Part shown: piece after piece, positions 36,493 through 45,129 of the stretch
How positions within the stretch are numbered: the stretch's first letter is position 1
How the letters are laid out: each line of letters opens with the position of its first letter
Source of the DNA: Actinomycetota bacterium
Lineage (GTDB): Bacteria; Actinomycetota; CADDZG01; JAHWKV01; JAOPZY01
NCBI GenBank assembly: GCA_025963875.1
Contig: JAOPZY010000231.1
Span: 1-57,930 of the forward strand
Direction of reading: 5' to 3'
DNA: 57,930 bases
Made by a program: the position numbers and the translations under genes
The notes under the pieces: generated by a model
The model's database searches: none
Told to the model about the DNA's origin: nothing
The model's input: only the letters and a program-made list of their open reading frames with translations

Positions 36493-36517
36493 TGGGGTGC
36501 TAGCCTACCGCCCATTC

Positions 36518-38968
36518 ATGCGTGTCGGCATCGACTACCGGATCCTCTCCGTCGGCCCCGCACTCGTGACCCGGGGGATGGGCCGGTACACCCAGCAGCA
36601 GCTCCGCGCGGTCCTCGACGTCGACGACCGCAACGAGTACGTGCTGCTGGCCAACCGCGGCAACGACCTGTCGCTCGTCGTCCCCGAGGTCCTCGAGGCG
36701 GAGAACACCTCGATCGAGGTGTTCTCGCCGCCGCGCCTCCCGCGGGACCCCCAGCACACCGACGTCCTGCTGCGCCTCGCCGAGGACTACCAGACCTGGC
36801 TGGCGAGCCTCGACCTCGACGTCTACCACGCCACGACCCCCTTCCTGCTCGAGTACCCCCTCCTCCTGCAGTTCGACGTCTGCCCCACGGTGGCGACGTT
36901 CTACGACGCCATCCCCCTGATCTTCGCTGATCACTACTACGGGACCACGGTCTACGACGCCCTCGCTCGGGACCACTACCTGCGGACCCTGCGGCTGGTG
37001 ACGGGCGCGGCACGGGTCCTCGCCATCTCCGACGCCGCCGGGCGGGATGCCGTCGAGCACTGCGGCATCCCCCCGGAGCGGATCGACCGCGCCTGGCCGA
37101 TCCCCGACGCCGTGTTCCGGCGGCTCCCCGACCACCTGCTCCGCAAGGTGCTCCTCGGCCTCGAGCACCGCCTCCGCCTGCCGGCCCGGTACGTCCTCAC
37201 CGTCACCTATCCGCACTACGCCAAGAACCTCGAGACGCTCCTCAAGGCCTACGGCGCCCTACCCGCCGCGGACCGGACGGAGCTCCCGCTCGTCATCTGC
37301 TGCTACCTGAGCGACGACACCCGGAGGCTGGTCATGGGCCTGGCGGAGGAGGCGGGCATCGCGGACGACATCGTCCTGACCGGTGTGGTCTCCGACGCCG
37401 AGCTGTGCGGGCTCTACAACCGGGCGACCGTCGTCGTCCACCCCTCGCGCTACGAGGGCTTCGGCCTGCCCATCGTCGAGGCGATGGCCTGCGGCGCCCC
37501 GGTCGTGACGACGACGTCGTCGTCGATGCCCGAGGCGGGGGGCGACGCCGGCATCCTCGTGGACCCCGACGACGTCGCCGGTTTCACCGCCGCGATCGCC
37601 CGCCTCGACCGGGACCCCGGCCTACGGGCCGAGCTTCGGGAGAGAGGCTTCGAGCAGGTCAAGCGGTTCAGCCCCCGCCAACTCGCCGATGCGACCCTGC
37701 GCAGCTACGAGGCGGCAGCCCGGCCGCCCCCCCCTGCACCGTCGGACCGCCTACGGCTCGCGGTGTGGACGCCCCTGCCGCCGGCCCAGAGCGGGATCGC
37801 CGACTACGCCGCCGAGCTGCTGGAGGGCCTCAGCCCCCACTGCGAGCTGGAGGTGTTCGTCGACGACGGCTACCTGCCCGCGAACGAGTGCCTCGACCGG
37901 TATCCGGTGCGGCACTTCACGGCGTTCGGAAGGCGGGCGGCCCAGGACCCCTTCGACGCGGTGATCTACCAGGTGGGCGGGTCGATGTTCCACCACTACA
38001 TGTCCGAGGCGCTCCGGACGCACCCGGGCATCGTCGTCCTCCACGACATGATGTGGAGCCACGTCCTCTACACGTGGGCGCACGAGCACGGCGACGACGA
38101 GGCGTTCCGCTCCGCGGTAGCTGAGCTGGAGGGCCGGGCGGCGCTCCAGGAGTTCGACGCCATCGACCGAGCCGACGTGGGATCTCTGTGGGCCTTCCTG
38201 TGCGCCCACCCGATGCTGGAGCCGGTGATCGGCGCCAGCCTCGCCCAGATCGTCCACCTGGATGCGGCGGCCGACCAGCTCCGGGCGGCCCACCCGGGCG
38301 CCAACCCGTGGGTGGTCCCGATGGGGGTCGACGACCCGTGCGCCGGCGACGTCACGACGGCCCCGCGGCTGGCCCGGTGCACGCTGCCGGACGTACCGCT
38401 CGACGCATTCGTCGTGGGGACCTACGGGATCGTCCACCAGTCCAAGCGCCTCGAGGCCTGCATCCGTGGCTTCGCAGGGCTGGCGGCCCAGCGGCCCGAC
38501 GCCGTGCTGCTCGTCGTCGGGCGGGCACTCCAGGAGCGCTACGTGGAGGAGCTGGAGAAGCTGGCCGCCAACCTGGGGTTCGGGGACCGGGTCCAGTTCA
38601 CGGGCCACGTGGAGCGCAACCGGTTCGATGCCTACCTGAAGGCGGCGGACGTCATCGTCAACCTCCGGACGCCGCTCAACACCCATATGTCGGCAACGCT
38701 GACGCGGGCGATCGCCACGGGCCGCCCCGTCGTCATCAACGACCTGCCGGAGTGGCGGTTCTTCCCCGACGGGGTGGTCCGCCGTGTCCCGGTGGACGGC
38801 GAGGTGCCGGCCCTCACCGAGGCGCTGCTGTCCCTGGCGGGCGACCCGGGGCTGCGGTCGAGGATGGCCGCCGATGCCCGCACGTTCTACGAGCGGGAAG
38901 GTAGCATCGGGCGCATGGCCGAGCGCTACCTGGAAGTCGTCACAAGAACCGCCGGAAGAACTGACTGA
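36518..38968 (+). CDS. Two-domain GT4 glycosyltransferase (WbdA-like architecture)
   Basis: RGMGRY, KNLETL, PSRYEGFGLPIVEAM. Second domain has TPLPPAQSGIADY, VVLHD, VNLR. Confidence 0.9.
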   Translation: MRVGIDYRILSVGPALVTRGMGRYTQQQLRAVLDVDDRNEYVLLANRGNDLSLVVPEVLEAENTSIEVFSPPRLPRDPQHTDVLLRLAEDYQTWLASLDLDVYHATTPFLLEYPLLLQFDVCPTVATFYDAIPLIFADHYYGTTVYDALARDHYLRTLRLVTGAARVLAISDAAGRDAVEHCGIPPERIDRAWPIPDAVFRRLPDHLLRKVLLGLEHRLRLPARYVLTVTYPHYAKNLETLLKAYGALPAADRTELPLVICCYLSDDTRRLVMGLAEEAGIADDIVLTGVVSDAELCGLYNRATVVVHPSRYEGFGLPIVEAMACGAPVVTTTSSSMPEAGGDAGILVDPDDVAGFTAAIARLDRDPGLRAELRERGFEQVKRFSPRQLADATLRSYEAAARPPPPAPSDRLRLAVWTPLPPAQSGIADYAAELLEGLSPHCELEVFVDDGYLPANECLDRYPVRHFTAFGRRAAQDPFDAVIYQVGGSMFHHYMSEALRTHPGIVVLHDMMWSHVLYTWAHEHGDDEAFRSAVAELEGRAALQEFDAIDRADVGSLWAFLCAHPMLEPVIGASLAQIVHLDAAADQLRAAHPGANPWVVPMGVDDPCAGDVTTAPRLARCTLPDVPLDAFVVGTYGIVHQSKRLEACIRGFAGLAAQRPDAVLLVVGRALQERYVEELEKLAANLGFGDRVQFTGHVERNRFDAYLKAADVIVNLRTPLNTHMSATLTRAIATGRPVVINDLPEWRFFPDGVVRRVPVDGEVPALTEALLSLAGDPGLRSRMAADARTFYEREGSIGRMAERYLEVVTRTAGRTD

Positions 38969-41181
38969 TGGTCCCCTTCAACAAGGTCGTGGAGATCGAG
39001 GATTTCGACGACTCCGGTCTCGCCTCCGTGATGCGCGAGGTCTGCGCGCACAAGGTCCCCCACCTCCCCGCCGGCTACCCGAAGGGGGCGGAGCACCGGA
39101 AGGACTGGGAGGTGGCGATGGCCGTGCGGGCCCTCGACCACTTCGGCGCGCTGGGGCCGGAGTCAGTGGTGCTCGGGGTCGCGGCGGGGGTCGAGGACAC
39201 GCTCTTCTACCTGACGACGCGGGCCAAGCAGGTCTTCGCCACCGACCGCTACCTGCTTCCGGGGGCGTGGATGCCGCTGGCGCCGCCCGTCATGCTGGCC
39301 GAGCCGCAGGCGGTGGCGCCCTACCCGTTCGACGTCAACCGGCTCGTCGTCCAGCACATGGATGGGCGGGCGCTGCGCTATCCAGACGGCATGTTCGACG
39401 GGATCTTCTCCTCGGGCTCCATCGAGCACTTCGGCGAGCTTCAGGACGCTGCGTACGCCGCCTACGAGATGGGGCGGGTGCTGAAGCCCGGCGGCGTGCT
39501 CTCGCTGTCGACCGAGTTCCGCCTGACCGGCCCCCCGGGGGGCATCGGCTGGCCCGGCATGACCCTGCTGTTCTCGAAGGAGAACCTGCTGCGCTACATC
39601 GTGGAGGCCAGCGGCCTCGAGCTCGTGGACGAGATCGACATCGACGTCTCCGACGAGACCCTCGCCAAGCCCTGGGACCTCAACATCGTGATCGAGCACT
39701 ACGACGCCGACCTCAAGGCGCAGCGGGAGTCGGCGGACCCGAGACCCGACTTCAACTTCTGGGAGTTCCCGCACCTGGTCCTCTTCCAGGAGGACTACGT
39801 CTTCACCTCGGTGCACCTGACGCTGCGCAAGACGGAGCGCTACCCCGCCACCGACAACGCCTGGGCGAAGCCGCCGGCGTCGGTGCTCGCCGGGATCAGC
39901 GAGTACAACCGCAGCGTCGTGGCGGAGCTCGGCGCCAGGTCGGCGCCCGCTTCAGCACCCGCCCCGGCTCCGGCTCCCCTGCCGGCGGTGGCGGCCGCGC
40001 CCGCGCCGTCGCCCGAGGCGACGGAAACCCCTCCGGTCACCCGCCTCGCCCGCATCGACGAGCTCCTGGCCGTGGTCGACGCCGGCCGGGAAGCCACCGA
40101 CGCAAGCCTCGGGGACATCGACCGGCTCGCGAGCGAACTGGATGTGCGGGCAGCGGAGCCGAACCTGGCGTCCCTACCCGATCTCGAATCCCCGGCGTGG
40201 CGGTCCAAGGAGGTGACGCTGCCCGAGGGCGTCGGCTTCGTGGTCGTCCTGGAGTCGGACCGGACGAACAATGTGATGTGGTACGACAACGGCCGCGTGC
40301 TCGACGAGCACCTGCTGAGCCTCATGCTGCAGCTCGTGAGCCCGGGCGACCGGGTCCTCGACCTGGGGGCGCACGTGGGTGTCTTCTCCCTGGCGGCGTC
40401 GGCGGCCGGGTGCGCGGCACTGGCGGTGGAGGCGTCGCCCACGAATGCCGCCCTGCTGCGCTCTGCGGTGTGGCGCAACGGCTTCCACGACCTCCACGTG
40501 GTGAACGCGGTGGTCGCAGCCGCGCCCGGTACCGCAGCGTTCGTCCCCAACGGGCCCTGGGGTCATGTCGCCTGGGAGCCCACGGCCGGGGCCGTCGACG
40601 TCCCCGCCGTCACGGTCGACGAGCTGGTGGCGGCCGTGGGCTGGGAGGGCGCCTCGTTTGTGAAGATGGACGTGGAGGGCAGCGAGGTCGATGCCCTCGC
40701 CGGGATGGCCCGGCTGCTCGGTGGCCCCGACGCGCCGCCGGTGCTGTACGAGTCCAACGCCCACACCCTCGAGCTGGCCGGCTGCAGCCCCCACGAGCTC
40801 GTCGCCGCGCTCGAGTCGCTCGGCTACGTGAGCTACCTCGTCGACCCGGGACGCCTCACCCGCCTGGGGCCGGGGGAGCCCCAGATCGAGACCGTCGCCA
40901 ACTGCATCGCCCTCAAGCGACGCCCCCCGGGCCTGAGCGGCTGGATCGTGTCCCCCAGGATGACCACCGACGAGCGCCTCACCAAGGTCCTGGTCGAGAG
41001 CGGGCACGACAACCCGCACTGCCGGCGGTACATCGCCGGGGCGCTGGCAACGTTCGATGAGGCGTTCCTTGCCCACCCCCAGGTGGTCGACGCCCTGGCG
41101 AGGCTGCGGGAGGACCCCCAGGAAGGGGTGCGGAGGGCCGCCGCATGGTCGGACGAGCGAGAGAGGGCGGATGCCCGATGA
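38968..41181 (+). CDS. Dual methyltransferase (class I plus FkbM) with a Pro/Ala linker
   Basis: HRKDWE, SSGSIEHFG..RVLKPGG, PAPAPAP linker, LDLGAHVG, KMDVEGSE. Confidence 0.85.
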   Translation: MVPFNKVVEIEDFDDSGLASVMREVCAHKVPHLPAGYPKGAEHRKDWEVAMAVRALDHFGALGPESVVLGVAAGVEDTLFYLTTRAKQVFATDRYLLPGAWMPLAPPVMLAEPQAVAPYPFDVNRLVVQHMDGRALRYPDGMFDGIFSSGSIEHFGELQDAAYAAYEMGRVLKPGGVLSLSTEFRLTGPPGGIGWPGMTLLFSKENLLRYIVEASGLELVDEIDIDVSDETLAKPWDLNIVIEHYDADLKAQRESADPRPDFNFWEFPHLVLFQEDYVFTSVHLTLRKTERYPATDNAWAKPPASVLAGISEYNRSVVAELGARSAPASAPAPAPAPLPAVAAAPAPSPEATETPPVTRLARIDELLAVVDAGREATDASLGDIDRLASELDVRAAEPNLASLPDLESPAWRSKEVTLPEGVGFVVVLESDRTNNVMWYDNGRVLDEHLLSLMLQLVSPGDRVLDLGAHVGVFSLAASAAGCAALAVEASPTNAALLRSAVWRNGFHDLHVVNAVVAAAPGTAAFVPNGPWGHVAWEPTAGAVDVPAVTVDELVAAVGWEGASFVKMDVEGSEVDALAGMARLLGGPDAPPVLYESNAHTLELAGCSPHELVAALESLGYVSYLVDPGRLTRLGPGEPQIETVANCIALKRRPPGLSGWIVSPRMTTDERLTKVLVESGHDNPHCRRYIAGALATFDEAFLAHPQVVDALARLREDPQEGVRRAAAWSDERERADAR

Positions 41182-42263
41182 CGATGGTGAGCTATGCCCA
41201 GAACCACGAGGACGTGTTGCTGGACCGCGCCTTTCCAAGGGGCAAGCCCGGCTTCTACATCGACGTCGGCGCAAACGAGCCGGTCCGGAACTCCGTCACC
41301 AAGCATTTCTACGAGCTCGGCTGGCACGGCATCAACGTCGAGCCGGGGGCGCACCCCTTCGCCCTGCTCGCAGCCGAGCGGCAGCGGGACGTCAACCTCA
41401 ACGTCGCCGTCTCCGACACCGAGGGCGAGCTGACCCTCTACGAGCTCCCGCCCGACCTCTCCGGCGGGTCGACCCTGTCGGAGGCCAACGCCGCCCGCCA
41501 CCGGGAGGCCGGGCATCCCGCACCGGGGCGCACCGTCGCCACCCTCACCCTCGCCCAGCTCTGCGAGCGCCACGCCCCCGCAACGATCGATTTCCTCTCC
41601 GTCGACGTCGAGGGCCACGAGCGGGAGGTCCTGGCCGGCGGCGACTGGGAGAAATGGCGGCCGCGCATCGTCGTGGTCGAGGCGACGGAGCCGACGACGA
41701 CCATCCCGACCCACGAGCAGTGGGAGGGCATCCTCCTCGAGGCGGGGTACCTCTTCGCAGCCTTCGACGGGCTCAATCGCTACTACGTCCGGAAAGAGGA
41801 CGCGGAGCTCGCCCCGGTCCTGGCGGTGCCGGTCAGCTGCCTGGACGACTACACGCCCCACGAGGTCTCCAAACAACTCCTCGACCTCGGCTGGGCCGCC
41901 GATCAGGCAGGCCGCCAGCTCGCCGCCTCCCAGGCGGTCAACGCTACCCTGCTGCAGGAGTACCAGGGCCTGGCGCGGGAGCTCAACCTGCTCCGGGCAC
42001 GCTACGAGAAGCTCGAGCGTGCCCTGACGGCGACGAGGGCGCAGTGCGAGGCGGTGCGGGCCATGGTGGTCGAGGGAGGCGACGGCCCGGTCGAGGCGCC
42101 GCCCACCCCCGACCCGATGGATGGCATCAGCCCAGCGAGCCTCGCCGTCGCACGGCGGCTGACCGGCCTCTCGGCCCAGCACCCCAAGGCGGCCGCAGCG
42201 GCGAAGACCGCACTGCGCAAGGGCCTCCAGGTGAAGCGGTCGCTGTCCGACCGCAACCACTGA
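41178..42263 (+). CDS. FkbM family methyltransferase with coiled coil (chain-capping type)
   Basis: SYAQNHED, FYIDVGAN, GINVEP, DFLSVDVEGHE, FDGLNRYY, followed by a coiled coil. Confidence 0.9.
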   Translation: MTMVSYAQNHEDVLLDRAFPRGKPGFYIDVGANEPVRNSVTKHFYELGWHGINVEPGAHPFALLAAERQRDVNLNVAVSDTEGELTLYELPPDLSGGSTLSEANAARHREAGHPAPGRTVATLTLAQLCERHAPATIDFLSVDVEGHEREVLAGGDWEKWRPRIVVVEATEPTTTIPTHEQWEGILLEAGYLFAAFDGLNRYYVRKEDAELAPVLAVPVSCLDDYTPHEVSKQLLDLGWAADQAGRQLAASQAVNATLLQEYQGLARELNLLRARYEKLERALTATRAQCEAVRAMVVEGGDGPVEAPPTPDPMDGISPASLAVARRLTGLSAQHPKAAAAAKTALRKGLQVKRSLSDRNH

Positions 42264-42516
42264 AGGCCGCCTGCGGAAAAGCCCTCTCGCTATCACATCG
42301 AAGGGGCGTTCACTCGGGGAAGTTCCGTCACTTTTCGTCGTCCAGCAGCGAATAGTTACGAAACTTCGGCAGCTCGCCGGGCCGGGTAGGATCGCTGAGG
42401 TGGTGAAACACCCGTACCGCTCAGAGCCTCCCGGGCAGGTCGGAGATCGATGTGGAAGCTGAAATCGCTTGCACCAGGCCGCTCTCTCACCAGCCCGTAA
42501 GGTGTCGCCCTCCGTC

Positions 42517-42538
42517 TAGTAGCCACTGTAGTGGCCAC
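42517..42538 (+). promoter_or_regulatory. Direct repeat tagtRgccac (two copies) overlapping the palindrome gccact-gt-agtggc, just before the XRE gene
   Basis: tagtagccac (42517) and tagtggccac (42529); ends 8 nt before the ATG. Confidence 0.5.
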
Positions 42539-42546
42539 GAGGTTGT

Positions 42547-43671
42547 ATGTCGGTTGGTGCGCTGATTCGTGAGCTACGATCGACCTTGGGCTGGTCCCAG
42601 GGGCGACTGGCGTCCGCGTTGTGCGAGGCCTCACAACATGCCACGGTCAGCCGTGAGGACGTGTCCAGGTGGGAAAACGGCAAGCGGAGGCCCGGGCCCT
42701 TCTGGATGCGGCATCTGGCAACGGTCCTTCAAGTGCCGCTGGAAACGCTGGAAGGGGCAGATGTGCACCGCCGAGACTTTGTCAAAAGCGTTGCCGCAAC
42801 GCTGATCGCGCCCATCGTGGCGTCGGATCTCATCGAGGCGGGCTTTGCGGCCGCCCTGACAAACCGCCGCCTGACCCCGGATAAATGGCAGGACAAGATC
42901 GCTCGGTACGGCCGTGACTACATGTCGCTGGGGGCAGCGGAGATGCAACAGCACTTGACCGGCGATCTCGTCGCGCTTCAGCAACAGCTCGAGGAGCCGG
43001 CATTGTGGGCTGTGGCATCGCGTCTGATGACCCTCTACGGGAAGACGATCCCCGGAACCGACGGCTCCAAGGCGGTCCAGTGGTACAGAATGGCCGCCAC
43101 AGCGGCCGACCGGTCAGAAGATGACGCCTCGCGTGTATGGGTCCGAGGCAGAGCTGCGATCGCCCTCGGGTATGAGGGGGCCTGCCTGCCCGTGGCGGAG
43201 CGTTTTGCGAACCAGGCGCTTGCGATCAGCGACAGGCCGTCGCTCGGAATGCTGAATGCCGTTATGAGCAAGGCGCACATAGCAGCCATCCGAGGTGACG
43301 AACGGGAAGCGTTGCGCCTGCTTCAACAAGGTTGCAAGGTGTTCGACGTGGCGGGTTCGGAGGAGCAGCAGTCCGACTTCGCCATTCCCGAATGGCGCAT
43401 GGCCGTCTTCGCCAGTCTCCTGCTCGCAAGGCTCGGCCACGAGCGTGCCGCCGTTGTGGAGCAGGAGGTGGCCATGCGGAATCTGCCGGCCTCCCTTCCC
43501 CGTTTCGCCACCCACATCGACCTGCACCGCGGCTTGATGCTCGCTCGTGCCGGGGACCGCGCAGGAGGCATTGCCTACGGCCGCGAGGCGCTGCGCAAGC
43601 TCCCACCCGAACGGCACAGCCTGACCTTGCGCATGCTGCTCGCCGAGATCGAAGCCGCACCGGCTCCATAG
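42547..43671 (+). CDS. XRE-family HTH regulator with helical-repeat domain, copy 2
   Basis: LIRELRSTLGWSQGRLA..VSRWENGKR.P, internal HRRDFV motif, helical C-terminus. Confidence 0.85.
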   Translation: MSVGALIRELRSTLGWSQGRLASALCEASQHATVSREDVSRWENGKRRPGPFWMRHLATVLQVPLETLEGADVHRRDFVKSVAATLIAPIVASDLIEAGFAAALTNRRLTPDKWQDKIARYGRDYMSLGAAEMQQHLTGDLVALQQQLEEPALWAVASRLMTLYGKTIPGTDGSKAVQWYRMAATAADRSEDDASRVWVRGRAAIALGYEGACLPVAERFANQALAISDRPSLGMLNAVMSKAHIAAIRGDEREALRLLQQGCKVFDVAGSEEQQSDFAIPEWRMAVFASLLLARLGHERAAVVEQEVAMRNLPASLPRFATHIDLHRGLMLARAGDRAGGIAYGREALRKLPPERHSLTLRMLLAEIEAAPAP

Positions 43672-43853
43672 TCGAGCCTCGGCGGGTCAGTCTTTGGCCC
43701 CCACGCTGGCTACTGCCCGGCCAGTTGATCCTTCGTAGCCTGACGACTCACACCGGCAATCGGGGAGTCAGGAGCGAGCGCAGTGCGAACAGGCGCGTGG
43801 GCAACCACGAACCCGTGGTGTCCAAACCGTATACGGAGATTGCAGGGGCCGGC

Positions 43854-44075
43854 ATGAGGAGGGCGCCGCTGCGGCCTGCGGACCGGGGATCCACTTTCCT
43901 CACCATCTGCTGGGAGCAGGCCCATGACGAGGCAGGAGGGGTCGCCCCGGTCCGGGCGACTCTGTGCCGTCAGCACCGGAGCGAGATCGCCAGTACGTAC
44001 CCAACCGCTCGGGGCTGCGGGAAGGCTGGAGACTCGTGCGATGCCTGTCACGGGCGGCCGCCGCAAAGGATCTGA
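43854..44075 (+). CDS. Small putative Zn-binding protein (CxxH...CxxC), copy 2
   Basis: FLTICWE..ATLCRQHRSEIA..GDSCDAC, paralog of 15570-15818. Start is approximate. Confidence 0.75.
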   Translation: MRRAPLRPADRGSTFLTICWEQAHDEAGGVAPVRATLCRQHRSEIASTYPTARGCGKAGDSCDACHGRPPQRI

Positions 44076-44080
44076 GTGCC

Positions 44081-44302
44081 TTGAACAAGCCTCCTGGGCA
44101 AGCGGCTGATCCTGAGCGAAGGGAGCGCATCCTCGGCAAGCTTGGTCAGGTATGGCGGAGCCTGCCCGGCTGGCGCCTCGCATGGCTTGTCGACAACCTC
44201 GCCCCTCCCGGCACCGATGCCTCCGACGACGATCTCGAGCTGGCGCTGGATCGCGTGCTCCATCTCGACGGCCCACTTCCCCAAGTCAGAAGGGCACCTT
44301 GA
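44081..44302 (+). CDS. Small YihD/DUF1040-like helical protein, copy 2
   Basis: DPERRERILGKLGQVWRSLPGWRLAWLVDNL, paralog of 15815-16045. TTG follows aaagga. Confidence 0.7.
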   Translation: MNKPPGQAADPERRERILGKLGQVWRSLPGWRLAWLVDNLAPPGTDASDDDLELALDRVLHLDGPLPQVRRAP

Positions 44303-44368
44303 GGGTGGTACGACACGAGGTCGCATGCTGCCGGTGGGCTCGTCGAGTGGAGGAATCAGCCCGGTCCC

Positions 44369-44417
44369 GACGTTTGGCGAAAATTTGTTCGCCTCGAACG
44401 AAAAAACGCCAAACGTC
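44369..44417. repeat. Long interrupted palindrome between convergent genes
   Basis: gacgtttggcg ... cgccaaacgtc, with an inner gttcg/cgaac stem. Confidence 0.65.
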
Positions 44418-44429
44418 CACGAGGGCCCT

Positions 44430-44951
44430 CTAGTTCTGCCAGATCTGGTTTGCGCCACCCCACCAGTCCCACACCTGGACCCGGTCGCCGTTGTTGTTGA
44501 TCCCGTTGGCGTCGGCATCGAGAACCTTGCCGTTCGCCAGGTTCTGGAAGACCAGGACGTTGCTTGACCCGGTGTACACCCGCCACTTCTGTTCGGTTCC
44601 GCCCCCACAGGCCCAGAGCTGCACCTTGTCGCCGTTGTTGTCGATGTTGTTGGCATCCGCGTCCAGGCACTTGTCGTCGGCGACATTCCTCAGGCGGAGC
44701 TGCGACGGGTCGTTGGGGTTGATGGGTTCGAGGTACCACTTCTGGTTGTCGCCGCCGTTGCAGTCCCAGAGCTGGACCCGGTCCCCGTTCTGGCTGAGGT
44801 AGTTGGCGTCTGCGTCCAGGCACTTTCCGCTCTGATAGTTGCGGATCACCGCCCCGCCCGACGCATGTGCCGAGCCTGCTATTGCGGAGAGCATCAACGT
44901 GGCGCATGCCACCAACGACAATCCCAACGCGCTGCGTTTGAACACCGACAT
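44430..44951 (-). CDS. Secreted ricin-B-type (beta-trefoil) lectin
   Basis: Signal peptide ending SAHA; three K(C/V)LDADAN..NGD.VQ.W....Q.W repeats; RBS aaggagg. Confidence 0.9.
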   Translation of the reverse strand: MSVFKRSALGLSLVACATLMLSAIAGSAHASGGAVIRNYQSGKCLDADANYLSQNGDRVQLWDCNGGDNQKWYLEPINPNDPSQLRLRNVADDKCLDADANNIDNNGDKVQLWACGGGTEQKWRVYTGSSNVLVFQNLANGKVLDADANGINNNGDRVQVWDWWGGANQIWQN

Positions 44952-45129
44952 CCGTAGCCTCCTTTTCTCGATCGGCTTGCGGTGAGTTACCGTGTCAAAC
45001 GCTAGGCCGGGGGGCTTCCGGGGTCATCAGTGCCCACACCCAATCCGGCTCAGTGCTGTCCCTGAACTTTTGTCGGGATCGGTTGGGGGTCAGCCCTTCA
45101 TCCCGGACGAGGAGGCAAGGGTCACGGTC

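Noticed and set aside
39940..40020. Pro/Ala repeat tract
   Set aside because: An ordinary low-complexity linker between two methyltransferase domains.
42400..42462. Leaderless 20-aa ORF (MVKHPYRSEPPGQVGDRCGS) 7 nt after TAGGAT
   Set aside because: A promoter is plausible, but nothing supports translation and there is no counterpart at module copy 1.
43738..43772. Hairpin between the XRE gene and the small-gene pair as a structured RNA
   Set aside because: The stem is imperfect, matches no riboswitch I recognise, and is not repeated at copy 1.
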